Made by a program: the position numbers and the translations under genes
In this document: positions 31,970-42,045 of the stretch, piece by piece
Position numbering within the stretch: the first letter of the stretch is position 1
How the letters are laid out: every line of letters begins with the position of its first letter
Notes under the pieces: model-generated
What the model was told of the DNA's origin: nothing
The model's database searches: none
Seen by the model: only the letters and a program-made list of their open reading frames with translations
Source of the DNA: an uncultured Chthonomonadaceae bacterium
GTDB lineage: Bacteria > Armatimonadota > Chthonomonadetes > Chthonomonadales > Chthonomonadaceae
Assembly (NCBI GenBank): GCA_963835065.1
Contig: CAWIEK010000003.1
Location: forward strand, 64,001 to 128,000
Direction: 5' to 3'
Length of the DNA stretch: 64,000 nt

Positions 31970-32078
31970 AGTATGTAGAGGCATCGTCGAAATCTTGGCA
32001 ATACAGCGCTTCCAGCCCGATGTCTCGTTGTGTCTGGTTGTAGAAGAGAGGCGTCATGGCCTCAGCAGCGTCAGGGCG
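31970..32078 (-). repeat. 109-bp dispersed element, copy 2 (upstream of fliM)
   Basis: About 91% identical to 5289-5397. Confidence 0.9.
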
Positions 32079-32203
32079 AACGGGAGGGGTGGAAACATAG
32101 GCTTTGCACCTCCCTTTTGTGTTGGTTGAGAGTTGAGGGTTGAGAGTTGAGAGGAACTTCCAACATTCAGCCTTCTCGTCTGCATAGTAGACATTTGTAC
32201 TAT

Positions 32204-32233
32204 TTAGACAGGTTAAGTTGGGCAAAAGGTTCA
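32204..32233 (-). promoter_or_regulatory. ECF-sigma-type promoter upstream of repeat copy 2 and fliM
   Basis: TGAACC-N18-GTCTAA on the minus strand; the AACCTTTT core is shared with copy 1. Confidence 0.45.
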
Positions 32234-32426
32234 GTGTTTTCGCATTATTTTGCTCTATTTTCTTTTTTCGGGATGGTTGCTGTTGGCGTCGTGGGGAATA
32301 GGTAGGGGGAGGGATACGGAATTTAGAAATTTAGAAAGAGGACTGTTGGCTATATAGTTAGGCGGGTATATGCGTGTACAGAATGGTGGAAATTTCTTTT
32401 CGCACGGTAAAATGACAAAAACTCGC

Positions 32427-32455
32427 TTGACATGCCAAAAATACCGGGTTATACT
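32427..32455 (+). promoter_or_regulatory. Sigma70 promoter of the Rhs gene
   Basis: TTGACA-N17-TATACT. Confidence 0.75.
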
Positions 32456-32603
32456 TTCCCTGATTGTAGTAAGTGGCTATGCTGTTACGGCAAGGCTTTT
32501 TATCTTTCTCCCCCCGTACTTGTCTCATTTTCAATCGTTCTGTCTTCGCAGGCACGATTTTGCCTCCCGGTATATCTTATAGCAGGAGAAAGTAAAGGCT
32601 GAC

Positions 32604-35600
32604 ATGCCTGATGGTATTGCTGAGGGGGAACCCGATGTGTTCACCCCGCCCCGTTCCTCCTATCCCCGCTGGCTGCGGCGCGGCGCGCTTGGCGTCGGCA
32701 GCGTGTTTTTGTGGACGATGGTGCTGTCCGCGCCCCTAGACGCGCTGGCGCACCAGCCGCAGAAGCCGTCTCTGCCCAAGTACCACGCGCCGATCCTGCC
32801 CAAACCGGCAGATGATCCCGCGTGGCACACCATTGATTACCACAAGATCGAGAAAGCGCGGCCTGCCGGCAACAGCCTTGCCGCCAAGCGAACGGCGAAT
32901 CTGACCCTGCTGGATGACGTGGGGCGACTGGAGCGGACGATTGCTCCGGCGCAGGTGTCGGAATGGAAGCGGCAATTGCACTCCCCGCATCTGCCGTTCG
33001 CGCAAGCCGCGCTGCTGCATCTGCGCGTGGGCGAAACCCTGCTGGCGCAGGACGAGCAGCCGCTTCAAGCCCGCTGGCACTTCGGGCAGGCGCAAAAGCA
33101 GGCTGGAGCGAACAAAGAACTGCGCGGACTGGCCGCGTATGACGATGCGATTGGCGCGTACTACGAGGGCGCATACGCGGAAGCGCAGCAGGCATTCAAA
33201 GCCTTGCTGACCGGTCACAAGGGACTGCGCGGCTTTGACCGCGCCACGTGTACGCTGTTTTGGAAGCATGCAAGCGCGTGCGCCGGGCTATCATGCCGAA
33301 CGCGCCAATATGGGCATCCCCGAACCGCCCAAACTGGATCCCCTGTGCGGCGCGGCGGCAGTGGCGCAAGCCTTGAAGGTGGCGGGCAAGCCGTTCGACA
33401 AGAAGACCGTTCTGGCGCATCTGCGCGTCACGGGCCGGGGCAGCAGCATGCAGGACGTGCTGGACGGGGCGGCGAAGTTAGGGTTGTCGGGGCATGTGGT
33501 GGCGGGAACCGACAAAGCCTTGCTCGCGCTGCCCAAGCCGCTTGTGGCATACGTGGAGCATGACCACTTCATCTCGGTGCTGGATGCCGACAAAGCGGGC
33601 GTGACGTATCTGTGTTCCGACTGCGGCGCATGGCCGGGCGGACGGGTGCATCTCTCCTGGGCGCAGTGGCACAAGCTGGAAGCGACGGCCTTTGCCGCGC
33701 TGACGGAACCCGGCAGTGACGTGGATGGCGCACTGGCCTTGCTGACTCCCCCCAACGAAGCGGCAAAACCGGGCGTACAGATCGCAAGCAGCAGCCCGAA
33801 ACTGGCAAGCGGAGTGGTGGGTCGGATGCGCTGGCTGAAAGTGTTCAAGAAGCAGGGCATCACGCAGCCGATGGGCGGGCAGACGCTTTCCTGTGGCAAC
33901 ACGCCCATCTCGCAGCAGTGTCCCTGTCCCGCCAACTGCCCTGACGACGGCAAGCAGAAGGGCGTGACGCCGGGAAGCGGCAGCGATGGGGGCGGTTCCA
34001 AGAACCCGGCGGGTGGTAATGGCGGCGGGAGTGGGGGCGGCGGCATGGCAGGCGGTGGGCCGACGCAGGGTGTCAGCGTCAATGAAGGCAACGGGCAGAT
34101 GAGCTTCGAGCCGGATCCCCAACTGCCCATCTACAACCCGGTCGGCCCGTCCATCACATTGGGGCTTCACGTATCAGAGTCTGCGCGGCGACACGGGCGG
34201 GCAGGGCTATGAGTCCACCGACTTCGGACAGGGGTTCAGCCATCCCTACAACATCGGCGTGGTCGCGCCCATGACCGCGGCAGGCGGCGGGGGCGGCGGC
34301 GGGCTTGGCGGGGGCGGGGCGAACGCCAAGACAGGCGGCGGGCAGACCAACATCGGCGGCAACCCGCAGCTTCCGCCCGTGACGCTGGTGGAACCCAACG
34401 GTTCGCGGGTGGCGATCACGTACACGCAGCAGCCCACCGCGTCCGTGCCACATGTCGCCTGCACCGTGCCGGCAGGCATCCCGATGCTGGCGGACTGGTA
34501 CTACAACAGCGCGACAGGCGGCACGTACTTCGTGTTCACGCAGCCGGATCGCAGCCAGTGGATGATGCAGGCGGGCTACGACGCGCTGAGTTCTCCCGGC
34601 GTGCAGTCCACGTCCTACTGGTTCCCCCTGAGCCAGATCAAGGACAATGTGGGCAACGGGGTCACGTTCAACTACACCACGCCCACGAGCGGCCACTATC
34701 CGCTGCTGACGAGCATCGTGGACAAGAACAATGTGGCTCTGCTGACCTTCACCCGCGACGGCAACAACGCTGTGCAGCAGGTCAGTGACCGCTATGGCCG
34801 CAGCGTGTACTACCATGTGGGCACGTACCAGAACGCCAACGTTCCCGCCGGGCACACGCAAAGCCTGCTGGAACTCGACCATGCCTCCCAGGTTGTGCCC
34901 ACCGGAACCGCCAATCCGCCCGACCGGTACGTCTGGGCTACCAGAACGTGGGCAACGGCGAAGGCACACAAACCATACCGATGCTCCATACGCTGACCGT
35001 TCCTTCTCCGACAGGCACGGGAACGCAGACGGCGACCATCAACTACCTTGCGGGCGTGAGTACGGTGCAGAGTATTGTGGACGCCAACGGCAACACCCGA
35101 ACGTACAACCAGACGGACGCCAACCACACGCAGGTGAGCGTCACGGACGCGCAGAGCAATGTGGTCTACCGCTACACGGCAGGCTATGACATGAACCTCA
35201 GCGTCACGAGCATCACCAACGGCGCGGTAGACGCGAATGGACACAACAACAAAATCATTGCTGCCATGACCTATGCCGATGCCAACGATCCCTACCGCGC
35301 TTCCGAAGTGCAGGACGCTAATGGCTATGCGAATGGCGGGGCAGGCGGACAAGGCACAAGCAGCAAGACATGGGACGCTTTCGGCAACTGCCTGACGGAA
35401 ACCTCAGCGCGGGGCGTGACAACCACGTACAACCTGAGCTATGCCAATTTCGCGCTTGGCGAAGTTACCAGTGTTCAGGAAGGAACTAAGACGCCGACGA
35501 GTTTCACCTACTATGAGCCAAGCGGCCTCATTCACACCATGACGCCCCCCGCCCCCGGCACAAGCGGGCAAGCCAACCAGATCGTCACGTACAGCTATAC

Positions 35601-38002
35601 GTATGACGCGCTGGGCAACATGCTCACGGCAAGCGGACCCGGCAACAACGCCACCACTGCCAAAACAACCACGTACAACTACACGCAGGATGGTACGTAC
35701 TCGCAAGCCGAAATGCTGCGTAAGCCTCTCACCCTTACTGATAGCTTGGGGCACGTCTCGCACCTGCGTTATGACACGCGCGGCAATGAAACCGCCCTCA
35801 TAGACGCGCTTGGCAACGAAACCGACCTGACGTACAACAACGCCAATCAGCAAACCAGCCTGACCTTTGCCACTACCGGAGAAACGGGAACCGGGCGGGC
35901 GCAGTTGGTGAACACGTTCCTGTATCCGGGCGGGCCGAAAACATCGGTTTTACAGTACAATGAAGCCGGAACACAGGTCTTTCAGGAACAGATGACGTAT
36001 GGCAAGGAAGGCGAGGAACTGACCCGCACGGGCAGTACGCAGCCGGTCAGCCAGGCGTATGACGGTTTGTACCGCCTGAAAACGCTGACCGATGGCAACA
36101 ATCACGCCACGACGTACAGCTATGGGACGAGTGGGTACTTGAGCCAGATCAGCTACCCGAATGGCGATACGCTGCAAGTAACCAGCTATGATCTCAACGG
36201 CAATCCGTTGCAGCGCATAGACGGCAGAGGCGTAGTCACGAACCTGACGTACAATGACGTGGAAAGCCTGCTCACCGACATTCAGTATCCGGCAAGCACA
36301 GGGCTGAACGTGCATGTCAGTTACGATGGCTATGGCAGGAAGACGGGCATTACGGATGGAACGGGCAGTCAAGGCGTCATTGTATGATGACCGTGACAAA
36401 GCCACTTCCGTAACTACCACGTACACGGGATTGGCGGCGCAAACCCTGAGCTATGCCTACTATCCCGATGGAAGCAGGCAAACGCTCACTCTGCCGGACG
36501 CAACAACGTATGCGGATAGCTACGATGCGGTAGGACGGCACACAGGCTTAACCTCACCGGGCGGGCACACGTTCAGTTGGACGTATGCCAACAACAACTG
36601 GCTGACCTCACAAACCTCTGACAACACCATTGTTACGACGCCGACACGCGACGCCAGAGGGACTATCACCGATCTGACGCACCGCCGAACCGACGTAATG
36701 CACACCCTGCTTTCTGACTTCGCGTTGACTTATGCCAGTAACATGACGCTTGGCAGCATGACGAGTACCGTTTCCGGCGTCAGCGCGTTCTCCGGCACAA
36801 CAAACTACGCCCATGATACCAAGCTGCAACTGACACAGGAAAGCAGCAGTCGGGCAGGAGGCTACACCAACAGCAACGCTTATGACGCGGCGGGAAATCC
36901 CACCACGTTCAAAGGCGTCACACAGACGTTCAACAATGCTAACCAGAATACGGCAAGCGCGTATGACGGCAACGGCAACCCGACTGCGTACAAGGGCAAC
37001 ACGCTTGCCTTTGACGTGGAGAACCGCCTGACAAGTTACGGCAGTGTGCTGACAGCCGGGTATCGCGCCGATGGACAGCGGGCGTGGAAGCAGAACAGCA
37101 GTGGCAAGACGTACTTCTTCTACGATGGCGACAAACTGCTGTATGAAACCAACAGCACAGGAACCATAACCGCCAAGAACGTGTGGGGACAAACCGGACT
37201 GCTCGCCCGCAGCACCAGTACGCGAACGTTGCTGTACACATGGGACACTCAGGGCAACGTCAGCCAGCAGCTTGACGCCAATACCGGGAGCGTTGTCGAA
37301 AGCTACATGTTCGACGCTTTCGGAACCCGCGCTACGAACGGCAACGACACGGCGGCAATGGCAGACCCTTACGCAGGCTTCGGCGGAAGCGCAGGCTACT
37401 ACCAAGATGCCGAAACTGGATTGCTGCTCCTCGGATATCGGTATTATGACCCAAGCACGGGAAGGTTCCTCAACCGTGATCCAATACATTACGGTGGTGG
37501 AATCAACCTCTACGAGTACGTGGACAATTCACCCTTCAATGGACACGATTACTCTGGCTTGGAGATGATTCGTGGAGGAGGTGAAGTTCCACCGATCTTC
37601 TCTGTCGCAGAATGTCTCAGCGAACTGGCTAAAATAGTAGGCCAGTTATACCACCATGAGCCTTGCGCTTGGGCAATGATCTGCCAGTTCGTGGCAAACT
37701 GCGTTATCAGTGGCGTCTTAGGAGCCTCAGAAGAGGGATTAAGAGATACCGGGAACTTACTTGGCGCTTGCGCATTAGGCGCTCTGGCAAGTCTCGTTCA
37801 TGACGTGATGGACACAATGTGTAAGGCACTCTTTTGCCACTCCAAAGAACTCCCGCCAATGTTTAACCTCTGCACTGTCCTGGTTAATGGAGCAAGTGGC
37901 TGTGCGTCAGGTATGTTTGGCGGCTGGGCATCTTGGATAGGAACAGGTATCGGAGGCTTTTTGGAAGGTCTCTGTGATAAGCATCCTGGCATTGCCTACT
38001 AG
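32604..38002 (+). CDS. Rhs/YD-repeat polymorphic toxin with N-terminal signal, TPR-like region and C39-like peptidase; four single-base frameshifts
   Basis: Five ORF pieces join at ~33286 (+G), ~34162 (+G), ~34932 (-1) and ~36373 (+G). C39-like LCGAAAV...GSSMQDV...HDHFISV; many YD repeats; Rhs core RYYDPSTGRFLNRDPI...NLYEYVDNSP..DYSGL. Confidence 0.85.
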
Positions 38003-38110
38003 GGCCTTGTGCTAGTTAGAATGGCTTCGAGATAGGATTTTCGGGCCGAAAACGCTGATTTTGGCGAAATCGGCCTGAAATGGGATAGGAATCCTAACTA
38101 GCACAAGGCC
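38003..38110. mobile_element. 108-bp MITE-like element
   Basis: Perfect 17-bp terminal inverted repeats GGCCTTGTGCTAGTTAG at 38003-38019 and 38094-38110; no ORF; sits directly after the Rhs stop codon. Confidence 0.7.
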
Positions 38111-38240
38111 ATACTAATAGACGAACAACTTAAACACGGTATAATCGAGTGTCTACCAGACAATTGGATATAGGCGTACCAGTCCGATTTTCATAATCTG
38201 GTCGAACACGGAAATATCATGTTTAAGTGAGTTCTCTGTA

Positions 38241-38370
38241 AGTTGATGTTCAGATAAATCTGTTCAGATAGCCAATCTCATGGTATAAGGTTCAAACTTA
38301 CTCGTTGATGAGTTGCTACAATTGAATGGTTGTATCCGACTCATCAATAGATTTTATCTGAACATCAACT
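38241..38370. mobile_element. 130-bp MITE-like element
   Basis: Perfect 18-bp inverted repeats AGTTGATGTTCAGATAAA at 38241-38258 and 38353-38370, plus an internal hairpin. Confidence 0.6.
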
Positions 38371-38713
38371 ACAAACATCCATACGGAGAAAATTCGTATA
38401 TTCTACATCTTGGCAGATTACGAACTTACTCTACGGGATTGCTTAACGTAGAACTGCGCCTGTAGTAATCGTCGTTGCCAGACATTATGGTTTAGAGTAG
38501 CATCTAAAGTAGGCGGTCACAGTTCACTCGTAAATTCTGTGCCTTAGAAAACTACGAATGGATTATGTCCGGTCACTTTGCATACTTTATCATAGTGTCT
38601 GGTAACTTCCGTGTAACTGCTCATAAAGTTATCCAAGGCGAAGGTGATAACAATGAGCGTGGCGACAGTTGATGTTCGTCTTAGGATTTCAAGTAAATCT
38701 TTACGGAGGAGAT

Positions 38714-39643
38714 ATGATGTATAAATATTCTAAAATTATGGAACAAGACAAAAGGTTGCAACTGTGGTTGTCTCAAATTCCGCGTTACGTTAAAATGCAG
38801 AGAATTGTTAAATCGTACACAGCCTGCACTTGTTTCATATTTATAGCAATATTGGTAAATAAAATATATGGATTTATCAATTCAGATATAGATAAAACAT
38901 CTATTATAGTATATTTAAACTTGATTATATGCGGGGCAATATTTTCATATATCTATATTTATCTGAGTAGAGGCTGTAAAATTCTCAAAGCCAATAATTA
39001 TGTTGAAGACACACACATGGTCTCTTACCTGTGCGAAGCGTTTGCTCTACACAACTTTACGCAGGGCAGAATAGCAGGTAATCCGTTAGCTGACGCAGTT
39101 TGTTTCGCTCTGCTAAAGTCCTTACCTCACATGCAGACTAGCGATTGGGATGAACTAACTCCACATCAGCGTTCTTGTTTGCACAACATTTTGTACATAG
39201 GCAACAAGACACAAGTAGAACAACTGTATGGAACGCGGTTGATACATGCGGTGCTTTCCACGTTGGAGCGTGTTGGCGATGATGAAACATCCCTGAACCA
39301 TGTTCGAAATGTTGCGGAGCAAACAGAAAATCCCTATTTGCGGCAACTCGCCTTAAATTGTGCAGCAAGTATCCAAACACGAGTGCAGCGCAATGAAGCG
39401 TCCCAATCTTTGTTGCGCCCCTCTAAAGTTGATGTATCACCCAATATGCTATTACGCCCTGCTTCCGGCACAAAGCAGCCATCGTCTACAGCGACGAAAC
39501 AACTATTGCGTTCTTCAACAGGAGGAGCCTCTTGTGCTTCCAATAGGCACGATGCCTTTCTGCCTGACTTTGAACTGCCCGCACCGCAAGAACCATTGCA
39601 GCAAGTGCAGATTGGACAGCAGGCAGAAGAGGACACGCCTTGA
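38714..39643 (+). CDS. AT-rich membrane protein (2 TM plus HEAT-like helices), candidate Rhs immunity protein
   Basis: GGAGGAG SD; first real ORF after the Rhs tip; low-GC 5' half; repeated LLR(P/S) motif in the tail. Confidence 0.55.
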   Translation: MMYKYSKIMEQDKRLQLWLSQIPRYVKMQRIVKSYTACTCFIFIAILVNKIYGFINSDIDKTSIIVYLNLIICGAIFSYIYIYLSRGCKILKANNYVEDTHMVSYLCEAFALHNFTQGRIAGNPLADAVCFALLKSLPHMQTSDWDELTPHQRSCLHNILYIGNKTQVEQLYGTRLIHAVLSTLERVGDDETSLNHVRNVAEQTENPYLRQLALNCAASIQTRVQRNEASQSLLRPSKVDVSPNMLLRPASGTKQPSSTATKQLLRSSTGGASCASNRHDAFLPDFELPAPQEPLQQVQIGQQAEEDTP

Positions 39644-39666
39644 CACCAGTTGACACGGGAGGAAAC

Positions 39667-40186
39667 CTGCTGACGAGCATCGTGGACAAGAACAATGTGG
39701 CGCTGCTGACCTTCACCCGCGACGGCAACAACGCTGTGCAGCAGGTCAGTGACCGCTATGGCCGCAGCGTGTACTACCATGTGGGCGTCTACCAGAACGC
39801 CAATGTTCCCGCCGGTCACACGCAAAGCCTGCTGGAACTCGACCATGCCTCCCAGGTTGTGCCGACGGGAACCACGAACCCGCCCGACCGGTACGTGCTG
39901 GGGTATCAGAACGTGGGCAACGGCGAAGGCACACAAACTATCCCGATGCTGCACACGCTGACGGTTCCTTCTCCGACAGGCGCGGGAACGCAGACGGCCA
40001 CCATCAACTACCTGGCAGGCGTGAGTACGGTGCAGAGTATTGTAGACGCCAATGGCAACACCCGCACATACAACCAGACAGACGCCAACCACACGCAGGT
40101 CAGCGTCACGGATGCGCAGAGCAATGTGGTCTACCGCTACACGGCAGGCTATGACATGAACCTCAGCGTGACGAGCCTCACCAACG
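39667..40186 (+). pseudogene. Orphan duplicate of an internal Rhs segment (copy of 34703-35221)
   Basis: Near-identical DNA; protein LLTSIVDKNNVALLTFTRD...YDMNLSVTS shared; no Rhs core or toxin tip follows. Confidence 0.9.
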
Positions 40187-40266
40187 CAAGAAGCAACAAT
40201 CAAGTTACTCCTTGATGTTTGAACGCTACTTTATATGGTCGTTATTGACAATCGGTAAGGTAAATC

Positions 40267-40433
40267 GCCGTTTCTAATTTTCACCACCAAGACATGAAGA
40301 ACACCAAGCTGAACGCGAAGAAAGATGTTGTAGAAATGCAGGAGAGAACGAAAATAGTTTCGGTTCTGTGCCTTTGTATTTGCTTATTTATCTTGGTGTT
40401 CTTGGCGTCTTGGTGGTGAAAATTAGAAACGGC
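40267..40433. repeat. Nonamer-repeat hairpin abutting the esterase stop codon
   Basis: Perfect 27-bp arms GCCGTTTCTAATTTTCACCACCAAGAC at 40267-40293 and 40407-40433. Confidence 0.85.
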
Positions 40434-41537
40434 CTAATTCTTCCTGGCGGCGGGTTGGCGGAAGGAGCGCTCGGTCATGTCTTTGGGGTCGGTGGAGACC
40501 GGGGCGTCGCGCCAAAGCCAGCGCATCATGTCGGGCATGATCGCGCCGCCGAACTTCTGGCCGTGCAGGTTCATGCCCCACGCATAGTTCACGTCGTAGC
40601 CTTTTTGCGTCAGGGCTTTCATCAGGCGCACGTTTTGGAAGAACCAGTCGCGCTTTTCGTCGTAAGCGCCGTTGCGCCCCATGCCCCGGTTGTCGTTGCG
40701 CCCATCGCACAAAAAGACGTGGAGCGGCTTCTTTTCGCTTGCCAGCACCCGTTCGGGATACACGTACCCGCCCCGCAGGTTCACGAAACTGCCCACGTTG
40801 CTCAACACCTTGCGGAAAGCGTCGGGACGCTCCCACGCCACCATGAACGCGGCGATTGCGCCCGAACTCGAACCGCCGATACCCCGCATTTCCGGGTCTT
40901 TCGAAATGTTGTAGTCTTTGTCCAGCGCGGGCATCAGTTCTTCGGTAATCACCCGCGCGTACTTGTCGTCGGGTGTGTTGTATTCCGTGCCGCGATTGGT
41001 CGTGCCGTCGCCCCAGTTCTGCGGCGTGGGTTCGGGCTGTTCGGGCGTTCGTCCGGGATTGATGAACACGCCGAGCATCACGGGAATCTCGCGCCGATAG
41101 ATGAGGTTGTCCATCACGTTCTGCGCCCGTAAATCCCCGTTTTCATCCTTGAACGCCTGCCCGTCCTGATACACCATCAGCGCGGCGGGAACGGCGGGGT
41201 CGTACTGCGCAGGCACGTACACCCAATACGTATGCTGCGTACCGGGATAAACCTTGCTTGGGAGGGTAAACGGCCCCTTGATTTCGCCTTTGGGAACGCC
41301 TTCCTGCGCCAGCGAATCCGGGCCAAGCCGATACTGCGAGTTGGGGTTCGGACCGGGCGGCATCTGCCCCTGCCCACCGCCCCTGCCGCCTTGCCGCGCT
41401 GCGCCCGGTTGTGCCGGAGTTGTCTGTCCCGGCGCGGTTTGTCCCGGAGCCGTTTGCGGCGCGGGAACCTGCGCAAGCGCGATTGCCACCGCGCCCGCAA
41501 ACACGAAACTGACCGCGTATGTTGCCGCTTTCTGCAT
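40434..41537 (-). CDS. Secreted enterochelin-esterase-like alpha/beta hydrolase
   Basis: GGAGG SD; signal peptide; [21 protein letters not shown] nucleophile elbow, VGSF. Confidence 0.9.
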   Translation of the reverse strand: MQKAATYAVSFVFAGAVAIALAQVPAPQTAPGQTAPGQTTPAQPGAARQGGRGGGQGQMPPGPNPNSQYRLGPDSLAQEGVPKGEIKGPFTLPSKVYPGTQHTYWVYVPAQYDPAVPAALMVYQDGQAFKDENGDLRAQNVMDNLIYRREIPVMLGVFINPGRTPEQPEPTPQNWGDGTTNRGTEYNTPDDKYARVITEELMPALDKDYNISKDPEMRGIGGSSSGAIAAFMVAWERPDAFRKVLSNVGSFVNLRGGYVYPERVLASEKKPLHVFLCDGRNDNRGMGRNGAYDEKRDWFFQNVRLMKALTQKGYDVNYAWGMNLHGQKFGGAIMPDMMRWLWRDAPVSTDPKDMTERSFRQPAARKN

Positions 41538-42045
41538 TGAAAACCTCCTGTTGTCGAAAACCTATCCTCAAAAATCTGACCGCACACTAATGTTTGCGCG
41601 TAACCCGTATAGTATTCCCTACGTCCTCCTGGTTTCCCTGCCGGTTTTCCTGCGCACAGGGCCAGCGCATCTAAATGTTTGCCGCGTCACCAGGCCGTGA
41701 ACGACCTGTCTCAGGAGCCTTCGGCTAATCGGTCTGCGACCGAAGGAGTCTCTGTTTTTCCTGCGCGTTTGCGCTGTCAAAACCTTAGCCCGTAGGGTAT
41801 ACTCCTATTGGTTCAGGCAGTTTTGTTCTGGTTCGTTTGGGTTGGCCTGTTTTGTCTTGAAAGGCGCGCGTCGGCGTCCGGGGCAGAACACATATCATTG
41901 TACCGGTTTACAAAGTCGTCGCGCAGCAGGGTTGTTTGCTCTGCGTTGTTTGTTTTCCTTTAAGCAAATCAACGCGGGAACCGCAAAGCAAGCGATGTTT
42001 GCGCGGGTGGCTTTGACGCCATAGTTTTATGCAGGGAGAAGTTAT

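Noticed and set aside
31707..32225. 173-aa N-terminal extension of FliM as given in the ORF track
   Set aside because: The canonical FliM N-terminus with SD starts at TTG 31706, and substitutions in the repeat are non-synonymous in this frame. Kept only as a regulatory hypothesis.
33280..36380. Programmed ribosomal frameshifting in the Rhs gene
   Set aside because: No slippery heptamers, shift directions are mixed, and the duplicate copy shows the intact frame at one site.
34703..40186. Diversity-generating retroelement TR/VR pair (Rhs duplicate; FGE domain as target)
   Set aside because: Differences between the copies are mostly silent and not confined to adenines; no reverse transcriptase is present; the FGE gene lacks its C-terminal region.
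41700..41760. Glycine riboswitch (CTCAGG and CCGAAGGAG words)
   Set aside because: The motifs are in the wrong order and pair as a simple terminator-like stem.
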